A stretch of 64,000 nt of DNA, from NCBI GenBank assembly GCA_023515725.1, contig JALDTO010000146.1, forward strand, positions 434,001 to 498,000, read 5' to 3'. Below, piece after piece: positions 42,858 through 55,166 of this stretch (the stretch's first letter is position 1; every line of letters starts with the position of its first letter). A program made the position numbers and the translations under genes. The stretch comes from Amoeboaphelidium protococcarum X5. Taxonomy: Eukaryota; Fungi; Aphelidiomycota. Below the pieces are notes generated by a model. That model was not told the DNA's origin. It ran no database searches and was given only the letters and a program-made list of their open reading frames with translations.

Positions 42858-44813
42858 TCATTCTTGTAAAACATCCAGAAGATACTGATTAAACTGCTTT
42901 TTGGCGTCAAGTTCAGAGAGCAATGTCAGAACAGTGTTTTCATCGTTGCGTTGAGAAGCCTCAAGGATTGATTCAAGCAACTTGTCACCTTCCTCCAACT
43001 ACTGAGCACCGTATTTCTGCACTTGCTTCTAATAATACTATTCGTAAGATTCCTCATAGCCATTCTCCAGTTCATAAACTTTCTCTTCAGCCATGCGAAC
43101 AACTTCTGATGGGAAGCGGACACTCTTGGCCACATGAAGACCAAAACTCTCATCGCAGACACCCTTCTCCACCTTGTAGAGTAGTGTCAAAGCATCAGCA
43201 TCACCATCGATAGCATTCTCATTGACTACTGCAGAGACATGTAAATTTACTACATTACTCAGCTGATGAGACAATGTAGTTAGTTCATGAAAATGAGTGG
43301 CAAACAGAGTATAACACTTGATCTCAGATGCCAAATGCTCGGATATCGACCAAGCAAGTCCGAATCCATCATACGTACTAGTACCGCGGCCCAATTCATC
43401 AATAATCACCAAAGACTTATCAGTCGCCTGCTGCAGAATAGCAGAGGTGTCAAGCATTTCAGCCATAAAGGTAGACACTCCTTTCAGCTACTAATCACCA
43501 GCACCAATGCGGCACATTATAGAGTCAAATATAGGCAATCTGGCGCTGGTACATGGCACAAAACACCCAATCTGTGCCATTATAGCAATCATTCCAATCT
43601 ACCTGATATATGTACTCTTACCGCCAGTATTAGGACCAGTGATAATTGCAAAGTTGCTGGCATTCTTGATTAACTCCAAATCATTGGAGATAAAGTTGCC
43701 ATTCAATTCAACGAGAGGATGTCTTGATCCAACTAAATTCAAACCTTCACCATCATCAGAATTGCAAAATGTCGGTTTTACATAAGAGGAACTTGAATTG
43801 ACTGCAATATGCGCAAATGTCAAAATAACGTCAAGATGTGCAACTACTTCACCGATAGACCGCAGAGGACCGGCGAAATCTGAACATTCTGATATAAAGT
43901 TCTTCACCAGAGAGGACTAAGCATTCTAATACGACTCTTGAAGATTCTTGTACTATTTACTCAACTTTCTCAATCGCAAGGTAGTGAACATTATACCACT
44001 CTTTTGAATGGACAGCTCGATGTATTCACTATTGCCTTGGATAAGCCTTCCGTCGGTCCTGGTAACTCTCAAGTGGTGACCGTGTAAAGTATTCTATTCC
44101 AGCTTCAACTTCTTCTCCAACTCCACGCCGAGGTCACCAGCTACAGCGGCCGCTTCCTATTCAATCGATGATAGACAGGATTCCATGTCTTGACGAATGA
44201 TCATCAATCCTTCGTCATTATCACTACGCACCAAGTATTAATGATTCAAGGCGGCGGACATATCAATAGACTTTTCAACTTTAACTTTGAATGACTCAAG
44301 TTATTAGATATTGTCTTTCAGTGTGGATAGATAAGTATCTTATAATGCATCCAGCGATTCCGATGAAAGAGAACCATAACTATCATACTAACACGCATCC
44401 AAAGCCTCAAATATCTGCATAGATTTCAACAGAGCATCGTAACAATTTACAAAATCCTCCAGCTGAGCCTTGCCATTAGAAATCTTATCAGCCAGCCGCA
44501 CAAGATCAGTCAGTCCCTTCATGAGATTATCCCTGATCTCGAGACGTAACGTAGTGTCGGCAACGAACATCTCCACCAGCACTAGTCTAGATTCTATGCT
44601 CTTTCGGTCCACCAGGGGATGAGTTAGCCACTAATAGAGTAACTTGGACCCACCAGAAGTCTTGCATTAATTCAGAAATCCATTCAAACTAGTCTTGCCC
44701 TTATCAACGCCGCCAGCCAGAGAATCAGAACCACTCTGAGGTATTATATGCAAAGCCTACAGCGCACTATCCTCAAGTCTCATGCAAGATTCAATTAAGT
44801 TTTAGACAGTCAT
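42858..44813 (-). CDS. MSH2: MutS homolog MSH2, apparently lacking domains I-II (651 aa)
   Basis: [11 protein letters not shown]...[21 protein letters not shown]; [16 protein letters not shown]; GVSTFMAEM; [19 protein letters not shown]; FATHFHEL. Confidence 0.9.
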
Positions 44814-44902
44814 GACAATCAATATCTTCTTCAGAACGTATTCTTAACACTGAATAAGTCTCAATATTAATAACAGTATAGAAAGCAAGAGATGACGGTG
44901 AG

Positions 44903-44964
44903 ACGCGCTGTCCGTTTCAGCTAAAAGACGAGCGGTTGACGCGTTTCAGGCGATGATGACGCGT
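44903..44964. promoter_or_regulatory. Cluster of MCB-like ACGCGT elements upstream of MSH2
   Basis: ACGCGT at 44939 and 44959, ACGCGC at 44903. Confidence 0.5.
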
Positions 44965-45422
44965 TAGAGAGGTATTATAGCCTCCTGGTGCAGGTGTAGT
45001 TGGTGTTGGTGGTACAAAATGATCAGCCTGCTCAGTGAACAGAGATCCACAATTACGAACAGATAAGAAAAAGAATTTCTTTTAAGCATAAAACTGTAAC
45101 GCCGATTAAATGTTCGATATTTTGAAAAGCAAGCTTCATTATGGACGTCATCAATATATTCGTCTATGTTTTAAAAATATTTAAACTGATGAAGCCTGTC
45201 TGTAGCAGGAGCCAAAATAGATGATTAAATCGAACGCGAGAAGAGCTGTCCCAGGTGCGGTGGAAACACTGGACTCGTTGATTAATTAAACAGTAACACT
45301 TTATACTGTTGCTCGCTAGGGTACAGTAGTGGTCCATCCATACATTTATATGGGACCATGGAATTTCCAGCCTTGTGATTCAGCTCTCTGTTAAATAAAA
45401 TTATTATTAAATGAGTCTTGGT

Positions 45423-46637
45423 TCAATAACCATCAAGTTGGAGGAACCCTTGAGTGAAGGCGACATTCAACAACTGATCATACGATGGACGCTGCTGAAG
45501 ATTGTGTCGTATGCAATGGGCAATAATGATGGCGAGTTGCACCAACTCTTTCTATGAAAATAGTTAGGGCTTCACATTCTCTTGCAAGGACTTCAATATG
45601 GCATACGCATCTTGACGGAATTGTCCACTACCGAATTGTCTCGCTTCTCCCGGCAAATACAATCGCGATAGATGAGTCTGAATGGCGAGATCAAACAGCG
45701 TTAAACCCATTTAATAAACATCAAATCGTTCATGTAGAACATTTGAATTGGCTTCTGGAGGCTCATAGTCCAAAGTACCACCGATAGTATCCTTTGCGTT
45801 TACGTTGTCATACTTTTCAGCGCTACCAAGATCGGAGACTACTAGTTGATACGTGACAGGATCGAATAATAGATTTTATGGTTTAATATCACAGTGTTGA
45901 TAACCTTTATCATGGATGTATCTCAGAGCCATAATTAGACCGTAAGTCCATTGTTTGAATAAATGAGCGTTTACCACTGGCAGCACTTTGCCCACTGGCA
46001 GCAAGATGGGATAGACCGCAACTTCACTGTCTTTCCAGACAAACATGTCCAATAGTCGCGTTATATATTGAAGCCCGGGGTCGTACCCAATGGAGCTCGA
46101 TACTCCATTCTACAACTGATTCAAGTCTACTAGTATAGAAATCTCATTCTTTAGCTGATCAATGGCTTCTGCGTAATACGCGATTTTCAAAGCAACCAAC
46201 TGCTGCTCTTTATGATCAAAAGCTGAGTATACTTTCGAAAACTGACCATCGCCCAGCTTTTAGCGCACTTCATACCGAAATTTGGCAAAGTCTCCCGGTA
46301 CAAGATTTAATTCAACGTCGCCTTCATCAGTTTCAATATCAATATACGGGTACCATTCCACCGTCTCAGATGCCGCCACAGCCTACGCATTACCGATGTA
46401 ATAAAAGCGTGTTTATTTGTTAACTTCGCTCCATTCAGATTCACTAAGGCATCGTCGGAAGTAGGCTTTCATTGTCTCTGCGTCAAGACCATCTGATGTC
46501 TGTTTCACGGCAGAGTTAAATGCAGTGTAATCACAGTCGCGCGCTTAATTCGAATTAGTTAGCGGAGGATTAGCAAGCAATGCTTACTACACACTGACAA
46601 TTGTGATTAAAGCGAGATACTCTTGTGCAATACGCAT
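45423..46637 (-). CDS. Divergent DYRK2-like Ser/Thr kinase with putative signal peptide (404 aa); absent from the ORF track
   Basis: MRIAQEYLALITIVSVQQALLA; NAPA/DH-like LSESEWSEV..FYYIG..LVPGDFAKFRYEV; LGDGQFSKV, AFDHKEQQLVALK, HCDIKPQN, DLGS, YEPPE. Confidence 0.85.
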
Positions 46638-46854
46638 TCTATAAATTACCGATATAAAGCTAATGCTTTTAATGAAAGAGAAGTAAATGATTTAGATAAC
46701 TCTGACGCGATAATCTCAGTTTCACATGTCTCAATCACGACATACTTCGTTGGTTACATTTGGCGACTTCAGACCGCGAGGAGCGCGATTCCTTACAGTC
46801 GGTATCGTTGTGACGATTAGAAATTGCTACCTAAATCCCTAAATATCCAGCAAA

Positions 46855-47130
46855 ATGTCCGCCTTTATTGAATAGGAATTGAAGAGTCTGGAGGAAATAA
46901 GGCAATCTGTTGTCAGCTGTTAGATAGAGTCATTCGGTGAATAAGAGGCGATTATCAAGGTTCAAACTTTGGAATAGGAGACTCTGCTCATTCAGCTCAC
47001 ACTAGATGGCTATAATCTGGAAGGAAAATATTTCGAGGCAATGCATCAACTACTGATAACAAAGAGTCCACTATATTAACAAAAATTCAATCAATCCTTA
47101 GCGTCAAAACTGGAATCACTGCTTAATTAA
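46855..47130 (+). CDS. GSK3B-interacting protein (GSKIP/DUF727)-like; 3' end ambiguous (TAA 47128-47130 or TGA 47293-47295)
   Basis: AIIKVQTLE...IQLTLDGY...YFEAMHQLLITKSPLYQQKFNQSLASKLESL. Confidence 0.75.
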
Positions 47131-48750
47131 TTGACATAAATCAAATATAGTCTCCGGTTCTTGCATCTATTCTTCTGGACTTTAATTCTATTAATTATCA
47201 CTGGAACCATTGGTACTTGGTTACTAATAAACAGACTCAATAGATAACTGCCGCATCTTCTCTACTTATAGTGGACGAGAGCAGGTCCAACATGAAAAAT
47301 CATCCTTGTCCCAATTGATTTTATCGCGAGAATATTTATCTACACAGGCTATGTGCTTCCACACTTGACACTTGGAGCAGCTGGCCAATGGGCTTCCATC
47401 ATCGTAATTCATTTATCGCACATTGCAATAGCAATCAAAGTACCAACTCTGAGGTTAGCTGGTCAAAGTGAGAGAATCACCAGCTATTTCAGACTTTTTC
47501 CTTTTCTTTTATTTAATCGCACCAATGTCTGTGCCATTATTGTTATTATCATTAATATTATTCTATTTTCTAGCCTTTTCCTCAAGTTTTAATTACTTTT
47601 ATTACTCTGTATGCAACTTGCGCGATTCTTCTAAAGCTTTTCTCTCCTACCTCTCAATAAGCTTCTACTCACGCTCCATCATTCGTCGTTCCCTATCAGA
47701 TGGACCAGGTGGACGTGTCTCAACAACCACTGGTGGAGCAGCACTCTTAACGGCCTAGCTCTTCGTTTTATTTTGAGCACTAGGAGCAGGCTATGTCTAC
47801 TACTAAACTTCCGGTGTAGGCTTTCTATTAGAACTCCTAGTGGTGACTCGTAGACTCCGCAATTACTCCAACTTCAGTCTCTAATTCTTCAATCTAAACT
47901 CTTCCTAAATGTGCTCAATAACTTATGGAGCACACTCTTTCACTATACGATCATAAAGTGCTCGGTCAAATTTAACCGCTGATGAAGGCTTGGCAGATTT
48001 TACATTCCTATGCTATAAGTCACCTAATCTATTGGCAACATCCTACCACTCTGATAAGGTGCCGCAGAGAAGTTGACATTTACCGCGAGCATCTGGAGCA
48101 ATCTTGTACAATCTATTGTCATCAAAGAGATAGTAGAATTCCGATTCTGCATAACTGGAACCAAGAGGCTCCACCCTGAGCATAACTTCCTCTTCAAATT
48201 CATCTGCATCAGCATCGATAGCTTTACGACGTTTAAGCAAGCGAGAGGGATCAACCAAAAGCACAAGTTCAGACAGGGAGTATAATAGTAAAACTTTACA
48301 TCCCGGATCCCATTTAATTGTATCCGCAGTCTTTACTCTATCAATCCACTCTTTAAATTACTCTAAACTCTATGCTTTTTACTTTTACTAATTAATTTCA
48401 TAATCAATATTCCGCTTATGGTATTTGTTCCAGTCAAAGTTCAATACTTGATTAACATAGAGCAGATCATGTTCAAACTGATCCAAAATCATGACCAATT
48501 AACTCTAGAAATTCTCTCTTGAAATGATATTATGACTGATCATTCGCATCATTTTCATAATAATATTGACGTAATCACTTATGAGTTCCTCACTACATCC
48601 TATAATCATAGTCTCCAGTTCATCCGTACTAAAGTCATCATCCTTCTCCAACTTGATGGCAGCGCTAAACGTGTGCATAAACTGACTCAATGCAGCAAAC
48701 TGCCACATCTGTCTAACTTCATTCAGAGGTGATTACTCAACTTCCATCAT
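47116..48750 (-). CDS. DDT/WHIM plus PHD chromatin protein, ISWI partner-like (544 aa)
   Basis: VRQMWQFAALSQFMHTF; LRVEPLG...YYLFDDNRLYK; PHD WYFDCYC...DDGSPLASCSKCQVWKHIAC...FSCWTC. Confidence 0.82.
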
Positions 48751-49030
48751 AGCACTATCTTATCGTTGTTCTAAGACGAAGGATTTTCAAGTAAAAACCG
48801 TCAATAAATAATTGAACTTTGATGATAGAGCAGAGGGAAAGAAATATATAGAGATTTTGAGTTGAACAAAGTACAGTAAAGGGAAAAGGTGAAGAAGGAT
48901 TACTCGGTGAGAGGAAAGCGATGTCCGCTTAAAGAGATGCATCTGCGATTCGCAATCTCAACGTTTATAAATTGAGCACCAAATAATTAAAATTTGAGAA
49001 ACTATATAATGCGGTATAGAGTAATGAAAA

Positions 49031-50188
49031 TCACAATTTATTACCAGCTGCTGCACGACTCTTCTATTCTTCTCTCAGTGCAGCGGCATAAGTTCCCTTC
49101 ACAACGTCCATAAAGCCGAGATCACTCTTGCTTTCAACTTGGTCGACAGATAGAAGTTTAGTGAGACCACTGTTTGCAGTCATCTTCTAGCCATGAGGAG
49201 ACATTCCATAATGCTGGTAAAAGTCAGACAAGTAAGGCACGTCTTGCACAGTGATGGGGATGTTGAAGAATTGCTTAACCTTATTAATCTTGAACCCAGT
49301 GGTCAATAGCAGTGTGAATATACTATTAGTGGCCCAGTACAGAGTCAGAGCAGACGGCATAGTACAAATGTAAGGGAAACACGCAATTGCACCAACAAAG
49401 AAGGTGGTTTTCATCGTATTCTACATACTGGATGTCTGCGTAGGCTAATTGCTAAACTCTCGCAGGGTAACGGCCAGGAATGACGCGGTAGATACAATAG
49501 GCAACGCGTAATACGGATCAGGTGCGGTAAGATCAGTAAACCACATCAAACCTCCAGTGGTAAGGGCAGTAATTGGAGGCTTGAACTCGGACAGAGATTA
49601 CAATGCATAGAAGAACGATAAAAATACAGGACCATTCAGGAAGCCAACGCCGATGGACACGAGTGGTTAGATTCTGCAAGTCTTGTACATGTGCATCATT
49701 TCGTGTGTCAAATCAAGATATCGATCCTACTAACCTTCAGCTTTAGCGCTGTTCATCCTCTGCTGTAAATCCTATGTTAACGGTTATGCCAACTTCATCT
49801 TGGCCAGCTGTCGTTACGCAATTATATTCAGAGGCATCATGGCCGTACGGATTAGGACTGTAGTGCCCATAATCGCTGCCCACCACGGCATATCAAGCAT
49901 AACATGACCGTACTCCATAAATTACTGCAACAGTCCAGGCGGTGTCCAATTACAAAATCCGAGAGCTTTCAAATCTCCAATCTAATGAATTAATGCGGAT
50001 GCCGCGTCAATGTTTTCTACGCCGACACTACTGATCGTATCCTACTGCAGTGGGACTGTATCACTCACACTGGCGTGATTACTAGTACTCTAAATATCAT
50101 GAACTGGATGGGAAGGAGTGACTGAGATAAATCGGCCTAAAGATATATTTAAATGTCTGACTCTCTATATATTTCTAATCCGCAGCAT
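49031..50188 (-). CDS. OXA1: Mitochondrial inner-membrane insertase Oxa1 (385 aa)
   Basis: Arg-rich presequence; WTPPGLLQ, MPWWAAIMGTTVLIR, GGLMWFTDLTAPDPYYALP, MPSALTLYWATN. Confidence 0.92.
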
Positions 50189-50369
50189 ATTTTCGATATT
50201 TTCGCGCAATACGATCTTAACAGGGAAGAAGATGAATGACGACTGAAATGGTCAAGGGTTCTCCTCAAAGGAGAGTGAGCAATTTTGCGTTTCAACGCGA
50301 CGCGGCGTCTTCTTTAAAACCTTTACAAGAACTAAACTTTACACCTTACTTGGGAATTAAAAAAAGAGT

Positions 50370-50897
50370 ATGAAGTATTTTGTGTTGTTGGCTGTGCTTT
50401 GTGCAGTTGCTGAGTCTTTTGTCTTATCTGGACCTCAGAAAGTTTTGACTGTTAATGCTGATGCCCCGACTCAAAATGTGAACTGTGTAAATGGCGTATG
50501 TGAAATCGAGACTACTGTTAACTCCCCTCCTGTGAAATCTGACTAGGACGTCGATCCAGCGGAATAATGTTAGTTTTTGGACTAGTAAGGGATGCCTGTA
50601 TCGGATGCTATTTTCATCAATGTCCCAAAGGATAAGTAACTGGTTCATTATGTTTTTGGATTGCAAAACTGTCCGGTGGTTGGCCGTTACTCGTATGGAA
50701 TGAGATATATGAATGTTTTGACGGAGAAGGAATACTTCTTATCTGAATAGATTGTGGATGGTGACAAGTACGCAAAGGCTTATAGCTTTGCTGCTATTGT
50801 TGCTGAAAACTATTCTGAATCTGTAGTCACACTATTTATAAAGCCTGGAAATGGCAGAAGTTACAGCGCCAGGTTGATTGTAACACATGAAGATTGA
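50370..50897 (+). CDS. Small secreted beta-rich orphan protein (175 aa); absent from the ORF track
   Basis: MKYFVLLAVLCAVAES signal peptide; four Cys in the mature part; open ATG-to-TGA frame. Confidence 0.8.
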
Positions 50898-51551
50898 TTA
50901 TCCATTGATGGATTTTCAAGAGATATTAATGGAAGGGACTATTTAGTCTTATGATCTTACTTTAACGTGTTTCCTCTTTCTCAAAACAACACCAACTTGG
51001 ACTTTTTTTGGTGGAATAACGGCTTCCACTTACTTTGTAAAGTGCGAATTCCGAAGTGAAAAAGTGCTTCGCTATAGCGCGTCAGTTGTATAGTTAGTTA
51101 TCACCCAGCAGACTGTTTTCCTCTATCAGTGTACATTTGGCGAACAACTATGCTTAATTCTGGAATTAAAACATATTCAGACTTCGAACATTGACTTGAA
51201 TGAAGTAAACATTTTGATGATCCTTGAATGTAGAAGGTACATAAGCTGCTTTCAATTGGAATGAGTGTTGAAATTAAGTAAATGTTTGAGTTTATAAGTA
51301 CAGAGTTGACTCGGCCTAGAATTTTGGCTGGCTATAGATCTAAATGTTCTGATCTGGACCAAAAGATTGCTTTACACCGTTGCTGAGATAATTTTCAAGG
51401 CTTGAAAATTCCGATCTGTTTCATAGAGCCGATCTGTCGGTTCAATTCCCAAATCTCGGCCCATCTCGGCTTTTTCTGACGATCAATCGTAACTGTCAAA
51501 AATCAAAGCCGATGATCATGCTTTTATACTGCTCAGATAAAGACAAACGTA

Positions 51552-52298
51552 ATGATCAGAAAGCGACCACATTCCCCTGATAACTATGAGTACAGATTAA
51601 ATGTTTTACAAAGTCCTTTGTAATGTAGAATGTGTGGCACGTCAATGAAGGATCGTCGAATGTTGGAGCCTTTTCCAATCGTCCAAGTGAAACGATTCTT
51701 CGCTGATCGGCGCAAACAGGATGATATTACCAGAAATTTAGACTATGATAGCGAAGATTTGGAGTTTAACGATAATGATCATCCTCAATTGATATTAAAA
51801 GTTGCCTTATACGATGCGCTCGGATAACAAGACTTCAGGTTTTCCAAATACAAGAAGACGCGATAATAAGTCTCAACATCTGGCGGAGAGGAGACTTGGA
51901 TTGTGTAAAAGTCCATATACTTGGAAAGACTTTTTGGCAATCAGGTGGCCAGCAGTCACACTCTTTCAGTTCCGCCTGTTAAAGATATGCGCGCTTTACT
52001 ATAAAACAAAAAGAATGGTTGCTTCTTTGTATTCAACGATCTGTCTGTGCGCGATGCAGGTGAGTACAAACTCAAATTTACTTTGTTCGATCTCTCAAAG
52101 TTAAGTCTGAATATATAACCTCTATCCTTCGATCAAGTAGGTAAATCTGACAGTGGAAGCTCAGAACTAGCCTCCGTGTTCTCTGGAATATTCACCTGTT
52201 ACAACCAGCGCGACTTCCCTGGTATCTTGGAGTCAACTGAACTTAGTAGATGGCTTTGTATGCACAATATTCGCGTTCCCATTAGAAATTCTGACTGA
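51552..52298 (+). CDS. Velvet-domain transcription factor (248 aa)
   Basis: YRLNVLQSPLQCRMCG..KDRRMLEPFPIVQV; FFVFNDLSVRDAGEYKLKFTLFDL; VFSGIFTCY..DFPGILESTELSR...VPIR. Confidence 0.9.
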
Positions 52299-52570
52299 AC
52301 GATACTCAACTGATACCTGGTTTTGTGTATAAGAGCAATTATGATACAGATGAATGAGGTTTAACAATGCAGTGTTGATAAAATTTAGTTACTCTTCTTA
52401 TCACCAACAGCAACGGTTTCTTACTCGGACTTCATCTTGAAGCAAATTTCTTGAAACGCGCGTTTTGTCATTCTTCGGCTCAAAGTCTGGACGGCTCCTT
52501 CTTCACTTTACCTCTTCTTCCTACCTGATCGGCATCAAACAATCTTGCTGGAATCAGTCTATATTGAATA

Positions 52571-53275
52571 ATGGCATCGAAAGCAGCGCACAAGAGATTG
52601 ATGAAGGAGTATCAGTAGATATAGGCATCTCCGCCTCCGCTCATCTTGGCGAAGCCTCTAGAGAAGAATGTTCTGGAGTGGCACTATGTGATAACGGGCG
52701 CACCAGAGACTCCGTTCTTCAACGGCGAGTATCATGGTAAGCTGGTATTCCCCAGCGATTATCCATTTAAGCCTCCGAGTATTACTATGATTACACCCTC
52801 TGGAAGATTCTAGCCTAATGCGAAAATTTGCTTGACCATGAGCGATTTCCATCCAGAGTTGTGGAATCCGTCATGGTCCGTGGCTTCGATTCTTCTTGGA
52901 TTGCAGAGCTTTATGAATGACGATTCGTAAAATACTACGGGAAGTGTCACTTGCTCTTTGTAGGAGAAGAAGCAGTTTGCAAGGATGAGTCGCAAATGGA
53001 ATCGTGAAAGTAATCCCAAATTTGTTGACGTGTTTCCTGAACTGTCTAAGGAGAGCGCTGAATTTCCATAGCAAGTCAGCGGGTCAAAGTAATCGCATTA
53101 AGCGGATCAGGCTGACAATAAGGAAGGTTCAATGGACCAGGACATGAAAGTCCACGATATTTTGGATCGAGATGTTGGTGTCGGTAACTTGATCAATCTG
53201 AGTACTATCAAGTTGGTGGTGGCTGGATTGATTGTGTATGGCGCAGTCTCTTTTCTTTATCGCAAGTTATTTTAA
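52571..53275 (+). CDS. UBC6: ER ubiquitin-conjugating enzyme Ubc6/UBE2J2; expected end at TAA 53273-53275 (first TGA only at 53426-53428)
   Basis: [57 protein letters not shown]; C-terminal [22 protein letters not shown]. Confidence 0.9.
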
Positions 53276-53336
53276 TCGTAATTGTTGTCGACTTGGTCGC
53301 AATAATAATAAAGTAATTAATTCTAATACCGCAGTA

Positions 53337-54442
53337 ATGCGTTCACTTTCTCGTTAGTTTAACGTTGTCATTACCGGCGCTAATAGGTATGCCTTTCTTT
53401 GTTAATCACGTCACTGTATGATTTGTGACACTACTGTGTTTAACTTTGTAGCGGTATTGGACTTGGACTGTGTGAGCTATTCGCAGAGTTCGCTGAACAA
53501 CAGCATCAGGATTTCTAGTGCAATTTATATCTTGTATGTCGCAATTAGACAAAGACTTAGGAGGCTATTCAGAAAATCCATAAATTGTATCCCGCAGCAG
53601 TTCAGTCTGATCGTTTGAAATTCATTGCTCTGAAGGGTGATCTATGCGACGTGGACTCGATTAAAAGTGTCGCATCTTTGTTGAGTAAGAAATGCGATAG
53701 AATTGATCTTTTTTATTGCAATGCTGGTGTTTTGCTTATTGATGGTATTGACTTTTATGCTGGTGTTAAGACTCTGTTGACTAATCCATCCAAGTTCTTT
53801 ACCGATGTTAGCGCCACGTTGAAGCAGTCTGTTGGAGTAAACGTTAAATGCAATAACACACAACTTGGGAAAGTGTTCATGGCCAACGTGCTTGGTCATT
53901 ACGCGCTCATGTAAAGTATTGCCGAGTTGTTGCAGGGTGGGCAAGTCATTTGGACGGGATCTCGCACTGCTGATTAATAGTACTTTGACCCGCAAGATAT
54001 CGATGCTATTAGATCGAAGCATCCATACGAATCATCAAAGGTCATAACTGAGCACTTGTCTTGGTATATCAATAATAGCGAATAAGGATTCTAATCTTAC
54101 ATTGCAGATCCCGGAGTGGTGAACACGTAGATTGTGTCTTCTGCAATGTCATGGATCATTTCAGCTCTACTCATTACACCTGTACTCTATATTGCATCGT
54201 GTTTTATCGCATCCGTGACTTATACGCCAAAGATTGGGGCCATTTCATTGTTCCATCTGTCTGGTCTTAGAGAAGATGCCTAGTCTGACTAATAAGAGAA
54301 CGTCAATCCTGCATACAAGTATAGCTCTAACTTTTCAATGAGCAAAGGTGGATATGTGACTAAGAAGCTGCTGGATATTGATCAAGATATTGTAGATGAA
54401 TCGGTAAAATTCATTCAAGAATCCATGAACAAGATCATGTGA
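53337..54442 (+). CDS. ERG27: 3-keto-steroid reductase (Erg27/HSD17B7); intron 53387-53451
   Basis: Spliced VITGANSGIGLGLC; YCNAG; FMANVLGHY; VIWTGS; PYESSK; DPGVV. Confidence 0.85.
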
Positions 54443-55166
54443 ATTGTCTATCTATTAAAATAGTACTTTATTGAACATCATAATCTGGACTGAACCATTA
54501 TTCTCTCCCGCCTTCTGTTTCGCATCGAGCTTTCTTACCTTTACATTGCTTATAGCAGTTGATACTCAAACTAATCATCACAAAATGATATCTGAATATC
54601 AGTGGAGAGTGTCACTACTTGGACTTGTTGTACCTTTATAGGATAACATTAAATCTGCGGCGACTTTGATTAAATCACTTGGTTATGAATCACCATTCTT
54701 TGCATATAAAAGGTATTCGGTGCTTTTAAAAACAAACTATAGAAACTACAGCTAAAAAAAAATTGAAAATCACACGAGCGATTCATTACGAATTTTCAGA
54801 AAGGGGCCTCGCAGTGTTGCTTGCATCTGATCTGATCTGAAACGTTGTCATAATGAATAAAGGTCGTATCTTTGTAATTGTGCCATCCAATTTCGATTGA
54901 ATAATCACATATCTTGCTATTTATTTACTCTGTATATTAAAAACTGTCAAGGAAACTGATGATTAATCCATCCTGGAATAGAATTGCATGATCAGGGAGG
55001 CAGTACAACTACCCCTACGTTAGCTACGGGGATCATCGGGAAACTTTACCGCGGTGATGTTGTTAAGGAAACAATTGTGTTTTCACCCGTGTAGCCAACC
55101 AAGTAAAAGACATCTTTCTAGTTGATCATTATAGAATCACTTACCGGTACTTCTGCACAGTGAGAG

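Noticed and set aside
44950-45380. Short plus-strand ORFs, one with CPRC
   Set aside because: No coherent start or homology, and not MSH2 N-terminal sequence
52058-52064. GTGAGT as a splice donor in the velvet gene
   Set aside because: The unspliced frame gives the conserved GEYKLKF motif
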